64,000 nt of DNA, taken from NCBI GenBank assembly GCA_965277015.1, contig OZ255705.1:2902475-2966474 (forward strand), read 5' to 3'. Of this stretch, positions 8,926 to 18,086 are shown one piece after another (within the stretch, counting starts at the first letter, position 1; every line of letters starts with the position of its first letter). Source of the DNA: Henriciella sp. (lineage in GTDB: Bacteria > Pseudomonadota > Alphaproteobacteria > Caulobacterales > Hyphomonadaceae). The notes beneath the pieces were generated by a model. The model was not told where the DNA came from. It worked only from the letters and a program-made list of their open reading frames with translations, and did no database searches. The translations under genes and the position numbers were made by a program.

Positions 8926-9606
8926 ATGACCGAAACTGTAAGCACGCATAGACTGTCAGAAAACAATATAGAATTTTGGCGGCGCCAAATACCTGGCGTA
9001 GTAGATTACGCGTACTCAGACTTAGGAAGTTTGGTCGATTCGGAAATACAGGTTGGCGACGACCTCACGGCCCTCGTCATCAATGACGAACTGGTCTCTT
9101 TCTTCACCACACGTTTTCTGCAAGTGGAGCAAGAGTGTGCGTTCGAGCGATATGATACATACGTTTACTTTGGCCTTTCAGGTACTGTCCAAACGTCAAC
9201 CCACAAAGGCCATCGAACAATCTGTGTAATAACCCGGCTAAACGAGCTGCGAGAAATTTCGAGGGCGCGCGTCGCTGCGATCGCATCCACCGCTTTCCCG
9301 CCAACCTATTTCCTGGCGGAAGCTACGTGTGATGGTATATTTCCGAGCAGATCCGGTGAGATCGGAGAGGCTGAATACGAAGTTTTCACCCAACTATTGA
9401 ACCAGATCCCATGCGCGCATGGAGCCCCTAAAAAAGGGGAGTACGTTTTACAAGGAGTGTCATCCGCTCGATACACACAAGACCAAGTAGAGTTATCAAT
9501 GAAATCCATAGATCGCCTTCCCGTGCTCGCGGCTTCGGGGTTGAAGGAATCCGATGGAGATAGGATGTTCTTCATGTGTGAATTGACAGGAAAACGTTCA
9601 GAATAG
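8926..9606 (+). CDS. Hypothetical protein, possibly GNAT-like fold
   Basis: 226 aa from the ATG at 8926; LVINDELVSFF followed by YVYFGLSGT..THKGH resembles the GNAT beta3-beta4-loop arrangement, weakly. Confidence 0.5.
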   Translation: MTETVSTHRLSENNIEFWRRQIPGVVDYAYSDLGSLVDSEIQVGDDLTALVINDELVSFFTTRFLQVEQECAFERYDTYVYFGLSGTVQTSTHKGHRTICVITRLNELREISRARVAAIASTAFPPTYFLAEATCDGIFPSRSGEIGEAEYEVFTQLLNQIPCAHGAPKKGEYVLQGVSSARYTQDQVELSMKSIDRLPVLAASGLKESDGDRMFFMCELTGKRSE

Positions 9607-9766
9607 GGTGGGAGCGTATAGTCTGTCTTATCCGTGGTTGTTGAGATCTAGGACGAACGCTCGCTGTTCCGTTTAGGGTGTACCTTAATATGGACGCCGA
9701 CCTTAGAATGGTTGGGTTCGACCTCGTGCCAATGCCCATCTCCACGATGAATTCCGAAAATGGGAC

Positions 9767-9899
9767 TGGCAACGTTGTGGCAACGTCGGGAGACTACGAT
9801 ATGTGTAAACTGGCAACGTTATGCTATGCTCGACTACGATACGCTACGTTAAACTACCGTAGTTACAGTGGTTTAGCCTTTTGCCTGAAGCTTGACATT
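9767..9899 (+). repeat. att arm block copy 1: TGGCAACGT x2, third site at +44, 10-bp CTACG repeats, core TTGACATT at +125
   Basis: Colinear without gaps to 14861-14993 (offset 5094 bp). Confidence 0.85.
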
Positions 9900-9962
9900 C
9901 CAAGCCAAGCTAGAATTAAATACAACAATTTCAAGCGCTTACTATTTTGAGTGCCGAAGGAG

Positions 9963-9982
9963 TGGCAACGCTCTGGCAACGT
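9963..9982 (+). repeat. Arm-type pair TGGCAACGC-TC-TGGCAACGT
   Basis: Same 11-bp period and orientation as the 7638 pair; 64 bp right of the 9892 core. Confidence 0.75.
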
Positions 9983-10264
9983 ACAATTGACCCCTGCAAC
10001 CGACGGAAAATGGGTCAAGAATTTTTGAGCCACTATCGCCCGTTCACTAATAGCTACGGGCGAAGGTAGAACCCAACCTTGGCAAGGTCCATCCAAGACC
10101 TAAGCAACTGAGTTTACAGGATATTTGTGGTACTTTGCGGCAAATATCGGAGGATGATGGAACTTATCAACCTTAATTCACGTTGCCACTTGACGAGATT
10201 GCGACTGGGGCAAATTTCCGCCTCCAGTTCCTACCTTTTCCATTTGTCCGTGGGACTGAGATAA

Positions 10265-11383
10265 CTAATTTAGAAATGGAGTTAGAAGTACGATTAACTC
10301 CGTTTGTCGTCGGCATTCGGTTTTCGCCAAAACCCGCTTGATGAGTGTTTGGGTTGTGTGTACGGAAACCGCTCGAGTCTTGTTGATCATTGGCAAAGAC
10401 GCGCCCTGCATCAAGAGTTGGGCAGTTTCTGCTTCAGCCCGCGTGAGCCCAAATGTCTCCTTCACAAGACTCATATTCAGCTTACGGGCTTTTCTGATGG
10501 GCTTGAGAATGAAGACCGCTGCTCCTGCCAGCTCTCCGGCAATCCCGACCCTATGAAATGGCATAATTGAAACGATATACTCAGGGCGGCCAAGATCATC
10601 CTTGGTTATAAAACTTCCACCAACGATATTTGAGCGTTTGCTGAGGGCTCTGTGTAGTTTAGCGGTGAATTCAGGGCGCCCAAGGAGAAGCTTCCTGTTA
10701 GAATCTAGCGTGACGCGCTTTTCGGATAAACATTCATCGAACGCCCTGTTGAATTCAACAACTGTAGTATCCGTTTTTAATATGGCTGCTGCATCGCCTT
10801 CGCCAGCAAAACTTAGCGCGTCGTCGGCTCGTCTCTTTTCTACGAGACGCGCAAGGTTAAATACTGGAGCGCAAACAGCCGCCGCGATCTCATGTCGTTT
10901 TGCTGCGTCATCATCAAATGCATCGTGCTCAAAGCGTCGATGCAATGCGACCCCTGCGGTAAGAGAAGCTGCATTAACTATTGGCACCGCAGAAAAGTGG
11001 CCTAGGCCAAGCGGCAAAATGAGCTCTTGGTACACTGCATCTTTTGCGATCTCATCACGCGTAATAAAGTCTCTATCACGGGTTGAGATCATCGGTCTCA
11101 TTCTTGGGATAGCTAGGACGCGAGGATTTATGTCCTGGAGTTCGGCCTCTAACTCCGCGAGCACTGGATCCATGTCCACAGAAAAGGTTGATTGCAGAAG
11201 TGTACGATTGCCGTCTGCGACCATTAAATGCCCTACATCCGCGTCACAGAAATCTGCGAATTGTTTCAAGGCGACTGGCATGATCTGTGGCTCAAAAACT
11301 GCTTCGACGAATAGTCTCTGCAGTTTCTCGAGTCTTCGGTCGCTTATCTCATTCAACATTATTGTTTGTGTACAATTATCCAC
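10265..11383 (-). CDS. LuxR-type HTH transcriptional regulator with N-terminal sensory (GAF/PAS-like) region
   Basis: C-terminal FGLTRAEAETAQLLMQGASLPMINKTRAVSVHTTQTLIKRVLAKTECRRQTELI; N-terminal region typical of the about 370 aa alphaproteobacterial subfamily. Confidence 0.85.
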   Translation of the reverse strand: MDNCTQTIMLNEISDRRLEKLQRLFVEAVFEPQIMPVALKQFADFCDADVGHLMVADGNRTLLQSTFSVDMDPVLAELEAELQDINPRVLAIPRMRPMISTRDRDFITRDEIAKDAVYQELILPLGLGHFSAVPIVNAASLTAGVALHRRFEHDAFDDDAAKRHEIAAAVCAPVFNLARLVEKRRADDALSFAGEGDAAAILKTDTTVVEFNRAFDECLSEKRVTLDSNRKLLLGRPEFTAKLHRALSKRSNIVGGSFITKDDLGRPEYIVSIMPFHRVGIAGELAGAAVFILKPIRKARKLNMSLVKETFGLTRAEAETAQLLMQGASLPMINKTRAVSVHTTQTLIKRVLAKTECRRQTELIVLLTPFLN

Positions 11384-11547
11384 CTAAGACGAGAGCGTTG
11401 AGCGGTTCGCAGCAATAAGTCAAATATCTTAGAATAAATTTCACTTGCGCGAACCACACAGAACGTCAATTTCCATTGTCTTATGCAGAGTAATAGAGCG
11501 TCAAAGAAGACGGAGATTTTGGCTGATGGTACCGTGGCGCTTGGCTA

Positions 11548-11892
11548 CTAACCGATAAATTTGTTCTTGGTAACTTCAATACGCGTCACTCCTCCACCGT
11601 TTACTGTCGCGCATCTGTAGCAAGAAGACTGTCTGACATCACGGGCCGCAAAACTCGAATTGCAGCCAGAATCAGTACTCCCATTGGCAAAGTGAATAGT
11701 CCAGCACAGCGCCACCGCATGGTTGTTCTGATTTTCGATTTTTAGATAGCCGCTTCCACCACTGCTATATTCCCAAGTGGAGAAGACAACATTGTTCTGA
11801 GTAAAGGATTTCTGATGTTTATCCTGAGCATGAGCGAAAGAAACGAACGCCAATCCAGCCAAAATTGTTAAAATACACACTCTTACTTTCAT
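11548..11892 (-). CDS. Small exported Cys-containing hypothetical protein
   Basis: Probable real start MKVRVCILTILAGLAFVSFAHA-Q (signal peptide), 114 aa, 4 Cys in the mature part; the longer ORF to 12630 overlaps a better gene on the other strand. Confidence 0.7.
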   Translation of the reverse strand: MKVRVCILTILAGLAFVSFAHAQDKHQKSFTQNNVVFSTWEYSSGGSGYLKIENQNNHAVALCWTIHFANGSTDSGCNSSFAARDVRQSSCYRCATVNGGGVTRIEVTKNKFIG

Positions 11893-12147
11893 TTTGAGAC
11901 TCCATTTGATTGTTTTGAGACGCGCCCCCCCACCCAGCCATGGAGCTGAGATAGATCCGTCTACAAACAAGGTTAATGGATCGGAGTTCCTAGTCGTCAC
12001 TAAACTTGGGTACGCCTCCGGCTCCCAACTAGTGTAAGAGAGCGATTCTGAGCATGCGCAAATCTGGTTACGCTTGAGAAAATGGCTGGGTGCAAAAATC
12101 GGTGGCTTCATGCTGGACTGGATCAAAAATACTGAAGGAACCGTCTC

Positions 12148-12786
12148 ATGGACATGAAAATCTTCGTTTCGCTTTTGAGTATGGCCATCGCACAGAACGT
12201 GACAGCAGAGACCCCGGTTTGGGATGATTATTGGGAACAACACCCCAAAGAAATGTTGTGTGGCACAGAAACTGTGCCATGGCCGGCGGATACAGATAGC
12301 CCATGGACTCAAATCATCATGAACTCTGATTACGGCAATTATACTCCCAAATCGATGGATGCTTTTGGCATGGAGAAACAAGTCTGGGCGGTAGACGCGC
12401 CGATTAGCCAAGAAATGTTCATCGTCTCGCCGGATGGCACCATCGAAATGTGGGCCCCAAACAACTTTTTCAAAAACCGCCCCAGAAAAATGGGAGTATG
12501 GAAAAAAGATGATGACGGACAGATTCACTTTCGAACCGAAAGCAATCCACAAGAGCATGAGTTTAATTGCAGGATTGTATTTTTGTACGAAACTAGCGGC
12601 GGGAACAATTTCTCCAAATTTGGTGATCAATGCGTTGCAGTCGCTTCGTGTGAAGAGTCAAAAAAACAAAACGGCAGCCCAGTAACTTGGTTACAGGATA
12701 CCGAGTTGAAACTTGGATTGATGGAACGAGTCGATGATGACGAAGAACCAAAAATCAACGAGGCATATATCGACTATCTTGACTAG
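12148..12786 (+). CDS. Exported hypothetical protein
   Basis: 212 aa, N-terminal hydrophobic signal-like segment, natural composition, GGAA upstream. Confidence 0.65.
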   Translation: MDMKIFVSLLSMAIAQNVTAETPVWDDYWEQHPKEMLCGTETVPWPADTDSPWTQIIMNSDYGNYTPKSMDAFGMEKQVWAVDAPISQEMFIVSPDGTIEMWAPNNFFKNRPRKMGVWKKDDDGQIHFRTESNPQEHEFNCRIVFLYETSGGNNFSKFGDQCVAVASCEESKKQNGSPVTWLQDTELKLGLMERVDDDEEPKINEAYIDYLD

Positions 12787-12847
12787 CACAATTGATGGCT
12801 GACGGGTGACGTATTGCCCCCCCGAACAATCATCATAATTTCAATTC

Positions 12848-13242
12848 TTGGATAAAACCGGAATAAGAAATTGCAGATACCGAACATACCTGTTCGAGCA
12901 TGAAGTCAGCAGGATCGAACAAACCGCTAATCGCGTTAGAGGATCTGCAGAATTGTACTTTGAGAGCGCTGAGGGGAAAGAACGCCTCATCAGAGCGGAT
13001 CTAGACTGTATTGAAGAAGCGCAAGCGACAGGAATGGCAGATCGTAGTTTGGTTTGCGCGCGGGGGCGCTCCGATCCAAAAGATCTTGCTGGGTGCACTT
13101 CTAACAATTCCGCTACTAAATCCAGGAATAATAAACGCTTCGAGAGAGCGATGGATTACATTGACACTCTCGAAGGCCAGGTAATACGCTCAACCTGCAA
13201 CGCGTCATGCACATCAGACAATGGTGCAGAAATTGATGACAT
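12848..13242 (+). pseudogene. Possible hypothetical gene truncated by the IS remnant
   Basis: About 130 codons of protein-like composition (TTG start) that run into the IS fragment at about 13243. Confidence 0.3.
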
Positions 13243-13745
13243 TTTATCGAGGGTCGGCGGAATCTATAATTCTCGCATGCAGGATACTTCATGTCTCGTC
13301 GTCCCCATCCGCGATCATGCTTTTTTGAGTAGGCGGTTCTCAAGAAGCGTCTCGGCTAGCGCTTCCTTCAGGTCGCGGGCCTCACGCTTCAAGCCAGTGA
13401 CTTCGCCGGACGTTGCCTGGCGCTGGGTGTTACCAGACAGGCGCTTCTTGCCTGCCTCCATGAACTCCTTCGACCAGTTGTAATACAGGCTCTCAGCGAT
13501 CCCTTCACGGCGGCAAAGCTCAGAGATGGAGCTCTCTCCTCGCAAGCCGTCCAGTACAATGCGGATCTTTTCTTCGGTAGAGAACTTCCGCCGTGTCTTA
13601 CGTTTAATCTAGCCAATGTGTTTATCAGCCGATCCATTCGGCCCTGTTCTCGATCTCATCTTCAATCCTCTCAAGGATAACGATGAGCCAAAACACTCCC
13701 TTAGCAAAACTAACTAAACTGTCTTATAGGCCGTGACGGGGAACA
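13243..13745 (-). mobile_element. IS3-family remnant (left end, orfA with in-frame stop, first codons of orfB)
   Basis: Terminus TGTTCCCCGTCACGG at 13745; orfA RKTRRKFSTEEKIRIVLDGLRGESSISELCRREGIAESLYYNWSKEFMEAGKKRL interrupted by TAG near its start; A6G slippery tract at 13320-13326; orfB start MKYPACE then truncated. Confidence 0.88.
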
Positions 13746-13804
13746 GGCAAGCGACCCGTTTACCGCGTAGCTCCCGCGGAAAAATGATTTGACATACAAT
13801 TTGA

Positions 13805-14497
13805 TTACTTTCCCGTTTCCTTCGTCAAACGGCATTGTGCGTTTCCTCGCGTACCGAACGGCTTGGTCGCTCCGTAACCGCCCAGACAGGCTGCGATACG
13901 AATCGACGAGTCGCTTGGCATACTGTATTGATTTGTTTTCCTCTCACCGGCGTTCAGCGTGACGTTGTGAGTGTAATATTTTCCAGCCTCTGAGTTGCAT
14001 GCTTTCCTAGATTTCGATGATCCAGTTTGACACCAATAAACATGCACAATCGCCCCGCAATTGTTTATCATTTCATATTGAGGTTCGTTATCATAAGACA
14101 CGCGAACCTTATTGAGTGCAACGCAACCGTTCGCGTTAAGTCGCTCAATATGAGAATTAGTTTCACCGCTTCTAGCCCCGTTAGACTGATATGAGTTGCC
14201 CCTTTCCGGTGTTGAAGAGCGACCGAACTGTTGCTCGTTAACACCATAATTTGAGGAGGAGTTCTGAGAGGGGCTTCCGCCAGAATTTTGAATCGCAGCA
14301 TTCAAGTTGTATCTGGTCTGCGTTGCGTTGAAATCTTCGAAAGTGGCGTGGCAAGTGAACTGCAAGGGGTTTGTATTTGGGACCATTGCCATGTAGGGCT
14401 GAGACGCTGGACAAGTTTGAATTTGGGCGTGAGTTAATGGCGCCGCGATCGCAAAAATAGATGCTGTTGCCGCTGTAAATGAAATTTGTCGAAGCAT
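13805..14497 (-). CDS. Exported Cys-rich hypothetical protein
   Basis: Start MLRQISFTAATASIFAIAAPLTHA-Q with GGAGA RBS; 230 aa, Ser/Asn/Gly linker, 8 Cys. Confidence 0.75.
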   Translation of the reverse strand: MLRQISFTAATASIFAIAAPLTHAQIQTCPASQPYMAMVPNTNPLQFTCHATFEDFNATQTRYNLNAAIQNSGGSPSQNSSSNYGVNEQQFGRSSTPERGNSYQSNGARSGETNSHIERLNANGCVALNKVRVSYDNEPQYEMINNCGAIVHVYWCQTGSSKSRKACNSEAGKYYTHNVTLNAGERKTNQYSMPSDSSIRIAACLGGYGATKPFGTRGNAQCRLTKETGK

Positions 14498-14860
14498 TTT
14501 TGTCTCTCCATCTGTCCCGTCGTCAATTTTGTCATGTTGATATTGATGCTGCGTCCCCTGTTTTGGTGACGGCCGGTCAATTTTTCCTCTAATATGCAAA
14601 ATACTGCGTGCAAAAGGGGAATGAATATCTGAATGAAGGATCATTCGTATTTGAATGGCGACTCAAACAAACGATGTATTGGTTTGGCCTTGTGTTCAGC
14701 GGAAGGCCACTTTTCGGCAAGTAGCCAGGGGCCACGAACGCCAGCTCAGCCGTGGAAAACGGCGGAGAAAACTGATTCATGATCCCGCGTATCACTCGAA
14801 ATTGGACAATTGAAGCTTTAGTCCCCTTTGAACTCGCACGTAAGAGCAGACATTAGGGCC

Positions 14861-14985
14861 TGGCAACGTTGTGGCAACGTCGGAACGCTACCGAGCCTGT
14901 AAAATGGCAACGTTAAACTACGTTAGACTACGATCCGATACGTTAAAATCCTATAATTACAGAGGTTTTGCTTTTACCCTAAAGC
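14861..14985 (+). repeat. att arm block copy 2
   Basis: TGGCAACGT at 14861, 14872, 14905; 10-bp repeats from 14915; core TTGAC at 14986, same spacing as the 9767 block. Confidence 0.85.
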
Positions 14986-15036
14986 TTGACATTGCAGGGG
15001 TCACAAGTTCGAACCTTGTATCGACCACCATTTTCT
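14986..15036 (+). repeat. attR-type copy of the tRNA-Val 3' half
   Basis: 51/51 identical to 7534-7584. Confidence 0.95.
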
Positions 15037-15192
15037 TCTGATTGACAATCGCTTGCGACGCTTATCGATTTTTCATTATTCCTGGACTGGCAAAGCAATG
15101 TCACTCTTGCCTTGAAAGCGGTTTTTCTTGCTTAAAAAGAGGGACACGGTGGCTGGGCGAATCCAAGCATTCTGTCCCTCTCTCGAAAAGAC

Positions 15193-15504
15193 TTAGCAGA
15201 GGCGTTCGACGCCTCGAATATTGTATGTGTTTCCGTCGTCGATATTCTCTATGATCGTCAGCTTATCAGGGCTAACCTTAAGCGTCATGTTGCCTCTACT
15301 GTAGGCAATCATGTCGTTTCTGACACTCTCCGCATAAGTGATGAGCTCAGATCCGCCAAGGATTTCGGGCGCAGTTACCATCCTGTATTGGCATGCTATA
15401 TCGAACGAACTGGAACTTTCCACGGGCTTCCAGCTCTCGCAAGCGGTTGTCAAAAGTAGAGAACCGATGGCTACTGACGCCTTGAGTGTTGAACTCATTT
15501 TCAT
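15193..15504 (-). CDS. Small lipoprotein, unknown function
   Basis: MKMSSTLKASVAIGSLLLTTAC lipobox; 103 aa. Confidence 0.7.
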   Translation of the reverse strand: MKMSSTLKASVAIGSLLLTTACESWKPVESSSSFDIACQYRMVTAPEILGGSELITYAESVRNDMIAYSRGNMTLKVSPDKLTIIENIDDGNTYNIRGVERLC

Positions 15505-15836
15505 TGTTTTTTCCTTTGTGTATCAACAAGGTTTGTGTCTACCGCCTCAAAGGCGGTCCACGCTTTGCGCTAATCCACGCACCCGAAGTGGGGGCAGATC
15601 GCTCCGCACGGTTTGGCGCTCGTCAAACGAAACTCCAGACGATGTGGAACCATTTTCGTAAGCCAAAAAAAACCCCATCTTTTTTTGGGGTTGGCGGACT
15701 CGCAAATCGTTGCCAATGAAAGTCTGATGGAGGCGAAATGCCCCAAATTTGCCCGAACTCGAGGGGCGAGACGACATTGACGTCAGAAAGCTCCTCCGTA
15801 CTCTAACTTGGATCATCCAGAGGCCCTCAAGCGAGA

Positions 15837-18086
15837 GTGTTATTTTATTTGGCACAACTGAATCGAATCATCTGGATGTTCGTTCTCTGCATCACGCTCA
15901 TGCCGACAAAGGCACTTGCATCGCCGATTAATACGTTGTCGTTAATCGACGACGTTGATACAGGTGAGGTGTCCGAACACGTGCTCGTTTCCTACCGATT
16001 TAATGGGCTGGTTACGCGCGAGGGTGTTCTGAGCAATCTGGATCAATTCGGACCCGTAAATTCGTCTCAGATAAATCTCGGTATCGAAGGTCAGCGAATG
16101 ATACTTCTGCTAGACCTTCGCAATCCAAGCGACGGGTCGGCCTCTTGGGTGCTCACAACACGCCGGCACTCGGCGGAGTTGTTTGAAATCTATGACATCA
16201 GTAGCGAAGAACGAGTGAGCTTAATCGGAGACGACCGACCCCGCCAGGATGCGTTGAACATTCGCCGCTTCATTGGCTTCGGCTCTGTCCTCCTATTCGA
16301 ACCAGGTGAGACAAAACTTCTGGCGATGGAAATGGTGCTGGAGAATACCAGCACAGTGCCAATTCAAATTTATAGTCACAGCACATTTCTAGATGAGTAC
16401 CTCGCACAAAATGGAAAGTTCATCGCGATCCTCTCGGCTATGGCTGTGATCTTATTGATCAATATCGTCCTGTTCGTTTTGAGAAAACAGTATTGGTATC
16501 TCTATTTGATCGCGGCGGAGATTTTTCTGTTCGTTCTCATCGCGCACTCGGTCAATTTTGTAGATGCGTTCGGGATGGCTGCTTTCCCGCAAACGAGCTT
16601 GCTGATCGCGGAACTCGCCAAATGTCTGTTCACAATTTTTATGGCCCAATTTGCCCGCGTATTTTTGGACACCAGAACGACGCTGCCCATATTTGAAAAA
16701 GCACTTCTCGCAATTATCGCCATAGGTTTGGCCTTTGTCGCTCTGTGGCTGGTGAGTCCGTTTCTGGGCACCTCGATGCGGACAACTCTGCGCCCATTGA
16801 CGTGGGCGTTTGTTTGCCTTTCCGCGCTCGTATTCCCAATTGCGGCTTGGCGAGCCATTGCGATACATGGCCGCCCGGCAATTCCTCTATTGATCGGTTG
16901 GTCCGGTTTTGCATTTTTTGGAGGATACGTATTCCTGATGGCGGTCGTGTTCCGCGGCAACGGCGCGCCCTATGCGGTCACTATTATGGGGTTCGCCGGA
17001 CTCACGGAGAGTTTCTTTGTAACGCTCTCTCTCGCGTGGCGGATTGTAAGTGACGAACGCCGACACAGCGAATTATTAGTCGAACAAGCGCAAAAATTGC
17101 GCGACCAGGCGCTTTTACGGGACCGCAATGCGCGACTCAAGGAAGACAAAGCGATGGCAGCCGCAACTATTCGCGATCAGAATGCGATGCTGAACGCCTC
17201 AGGACACGATACGAAGCAAGCCCTATTAGCGATCAACAACGCCACCCACTATCTTGAAGCCAGAGAAGAGGTGGGAGACACCGCGCTTGTTGATACCCTG
17301 AAAGCCTCCGCAGCTTTCCTTGACGACGTATTGTCCACGACTCTTCTGGCCAAGGGCGGTCATGCTGAAAGTCGCAATTGCGTTGCGCTGCAAGCCTTTC
17401 GCGCCGACAGTCTCATGATGTCACTTGAACGAATTTACCGTCCTCTTTTTGTGAAACGGGGGCTTCAGTTCAAGATCGATGTGGACCCAAATATCCACTT
17501 GCTTTCTGATCGTGCGCTCCTCACGCGGGTCGTCTCCAACTTCATGGCAAACAGCCTTCAGCATACAGTCAGCGGTGGCTTATACTGCTCAATTCAATTG
17601 GAGCGTGGGCGAGCGGTGATTTTGGTGCGTGACACAGGGTCAGGTATCGAGCCGGATCTGCTGAAGCATCTTTTGCAGGAAATGCCGGAAACGTTGCCAA
17701 CCAGTGCAGTCCAATCCGGAATGGGGTCTGGATTCAAGATTGCCCGTGAGTTGATAGTTCAAATGGCTGGCGAGTTGGTGGTCGATAGCGCGATAGGATC
17801 AGGCACCGAAGTCAGGATTACACTGCTTGGCACGGATACAGCTCCGACAGCGATTTCAACGGAACAGTTTAAGCCGCAAGTCGGCGTTGTCGTGCACGAC
17901 CTTGATGCTGTGGCTATCGATCAATTAAAGTCAAACGCGGCATCGATCGGAGTAACATTCGATGTCAGCTCCACAATGCGTGCCCGCGCCGCGGCCAAAA
18001 TTGGTCTGCTTGTCTACAAGCCATTGTTCGCAGAATTGCTACAGCACCCGTTGCTAATTGGCTCTAGATCAAGCCAATCTCTCTAG
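15837..18086 (+). CDS. 7TM-DISM sensor histidine kinase
   Basis: Signal/TM, DISMED2-like periplasmic domain, seven hydrophobic segments, H-box SGHDTKQAL, N-box NFMANSLQHT, G1 VRDTGSGI, G2 GMGSGF; partial receiver-like tail ending LVYKP. Confidence 0.85.
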   Translation: MLFYLAQLNRIIWMFVLCITLMPTKALASPINTLSLIDDVDTGEVSEHVLVSYRFNGLVTREGVLSNLDQFGPVNSSQINLGIEGQRMILLLDLRNPSDGSASWVLTTRRHSAELFEIYDISSEERVSLIGDDRPRQDALNIRRFIGFGSVLLFEPGETKLLAMEMVLENTSTVPIQIYSHSTFLDEYLAQNGKFIAILSAMAVILLINIVLFVLRKQYWYLYLIAAEIFLFVLIAHSVNFVDAFGMAAFPQTSLLIAELAKCLFTIFMAQFARVFLDTRTTLPIFEKALLAIIAIGLAFVALWLVSPFLGTSMRTTLRPLTWAFVCLSALVFPIAAWRAIAIHGRPAIPLLIGWSGFAFFGGYVFLMAVVFRGNGAPYAVTIMGFAGLTESFFVTLSLAWRIVSDERRHSELLVEQAQKLRDQALLRDRNARLKEDKAMAAATIRDQNAMLNASGHDTKQALLAINNATHYLEAREEVGDTALVDTLKASAAFLDDVLSTTLLAKGGHAESRNCVALQAFRADSLMMSLERIYRPLFVKRGLQFKIDVDPNIHLLSDRALLTRVVSNFMANSLQHTVSGGLYCSIQLERGRAVILVRDTGSGIEPDLLKHLLQEMPETLPTSAVQSGMGSGFKIARELIVQMAGELVVDSAIGSGTEVRITLLGTDTAPTAISTEQFKPQVGVVVHDLDAVAIDQLKSNAASIGVTFDVSSTMRARAAAKIGLLVYKPLFAELLQHPLLIGSRSSQSL

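Larger units (their letters stand above)
7585..9899. mobile_element. Accessory unit A (about 2.3 kb), non-autonomous integrative cassette
   Basis: Left: tRNA 3' end plus TGGCAACGT pair at 7638; right: arm block 9767-9860 plus core TTGACATT at 9892; carries a serine resolvase but no integrase. Confidence 0.65.
9900..15036. mobile_element. Accessory unit B (about 5.1 kb), non-autonomous integrative cassette
   Basis: Left: core 9892 plus arm pair 9963-9982; right: arm block 14861 plus full tRNA 3' copy 14986-15036; cargo is a LuxR-type regulator, exported proteins and an IS remnant; no integrase. Confidence 0.7.

Noticed and set aside
10180-10188. Isolated reverse-strand TGGCAACG(T) copies at 10180 and 15708
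   Set aside because: Single, unpaired and not at a conserved distance from a core; could be accessory arm sites but cannot be separated from chance
11548-12630. 360 aa ORF as listed in the track
   Set aside because: Its first about 245 codons are antisense to the more credible 12148-12786 gene or non-coding; a clean signal peptide begins at 11892
7638-14913. TGGCAACGT repeats as a CRISPR array or iterons
   Set aside because: Repeats are 9 bp, occur as pairs kilobases apart at fixed distances from att cores, with no spacers, cas genes or rep gene
15540-15695. Hairpins accgcc/ggcggt and aacccca/tggggtt as an sRNA
   Set aside because: Short stems in a divergent intergenic region, with no terminator-plus-promoter arrangement or family motif to support a transcript
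7919-15752. Recurring GGGCAAATTT / AAATTTGCCC 10-mer near 7921, 10207 and 15745
   Set aside because: Mixed orientation, no consistent position relative to genes or att sites; not enough support for a binding motif
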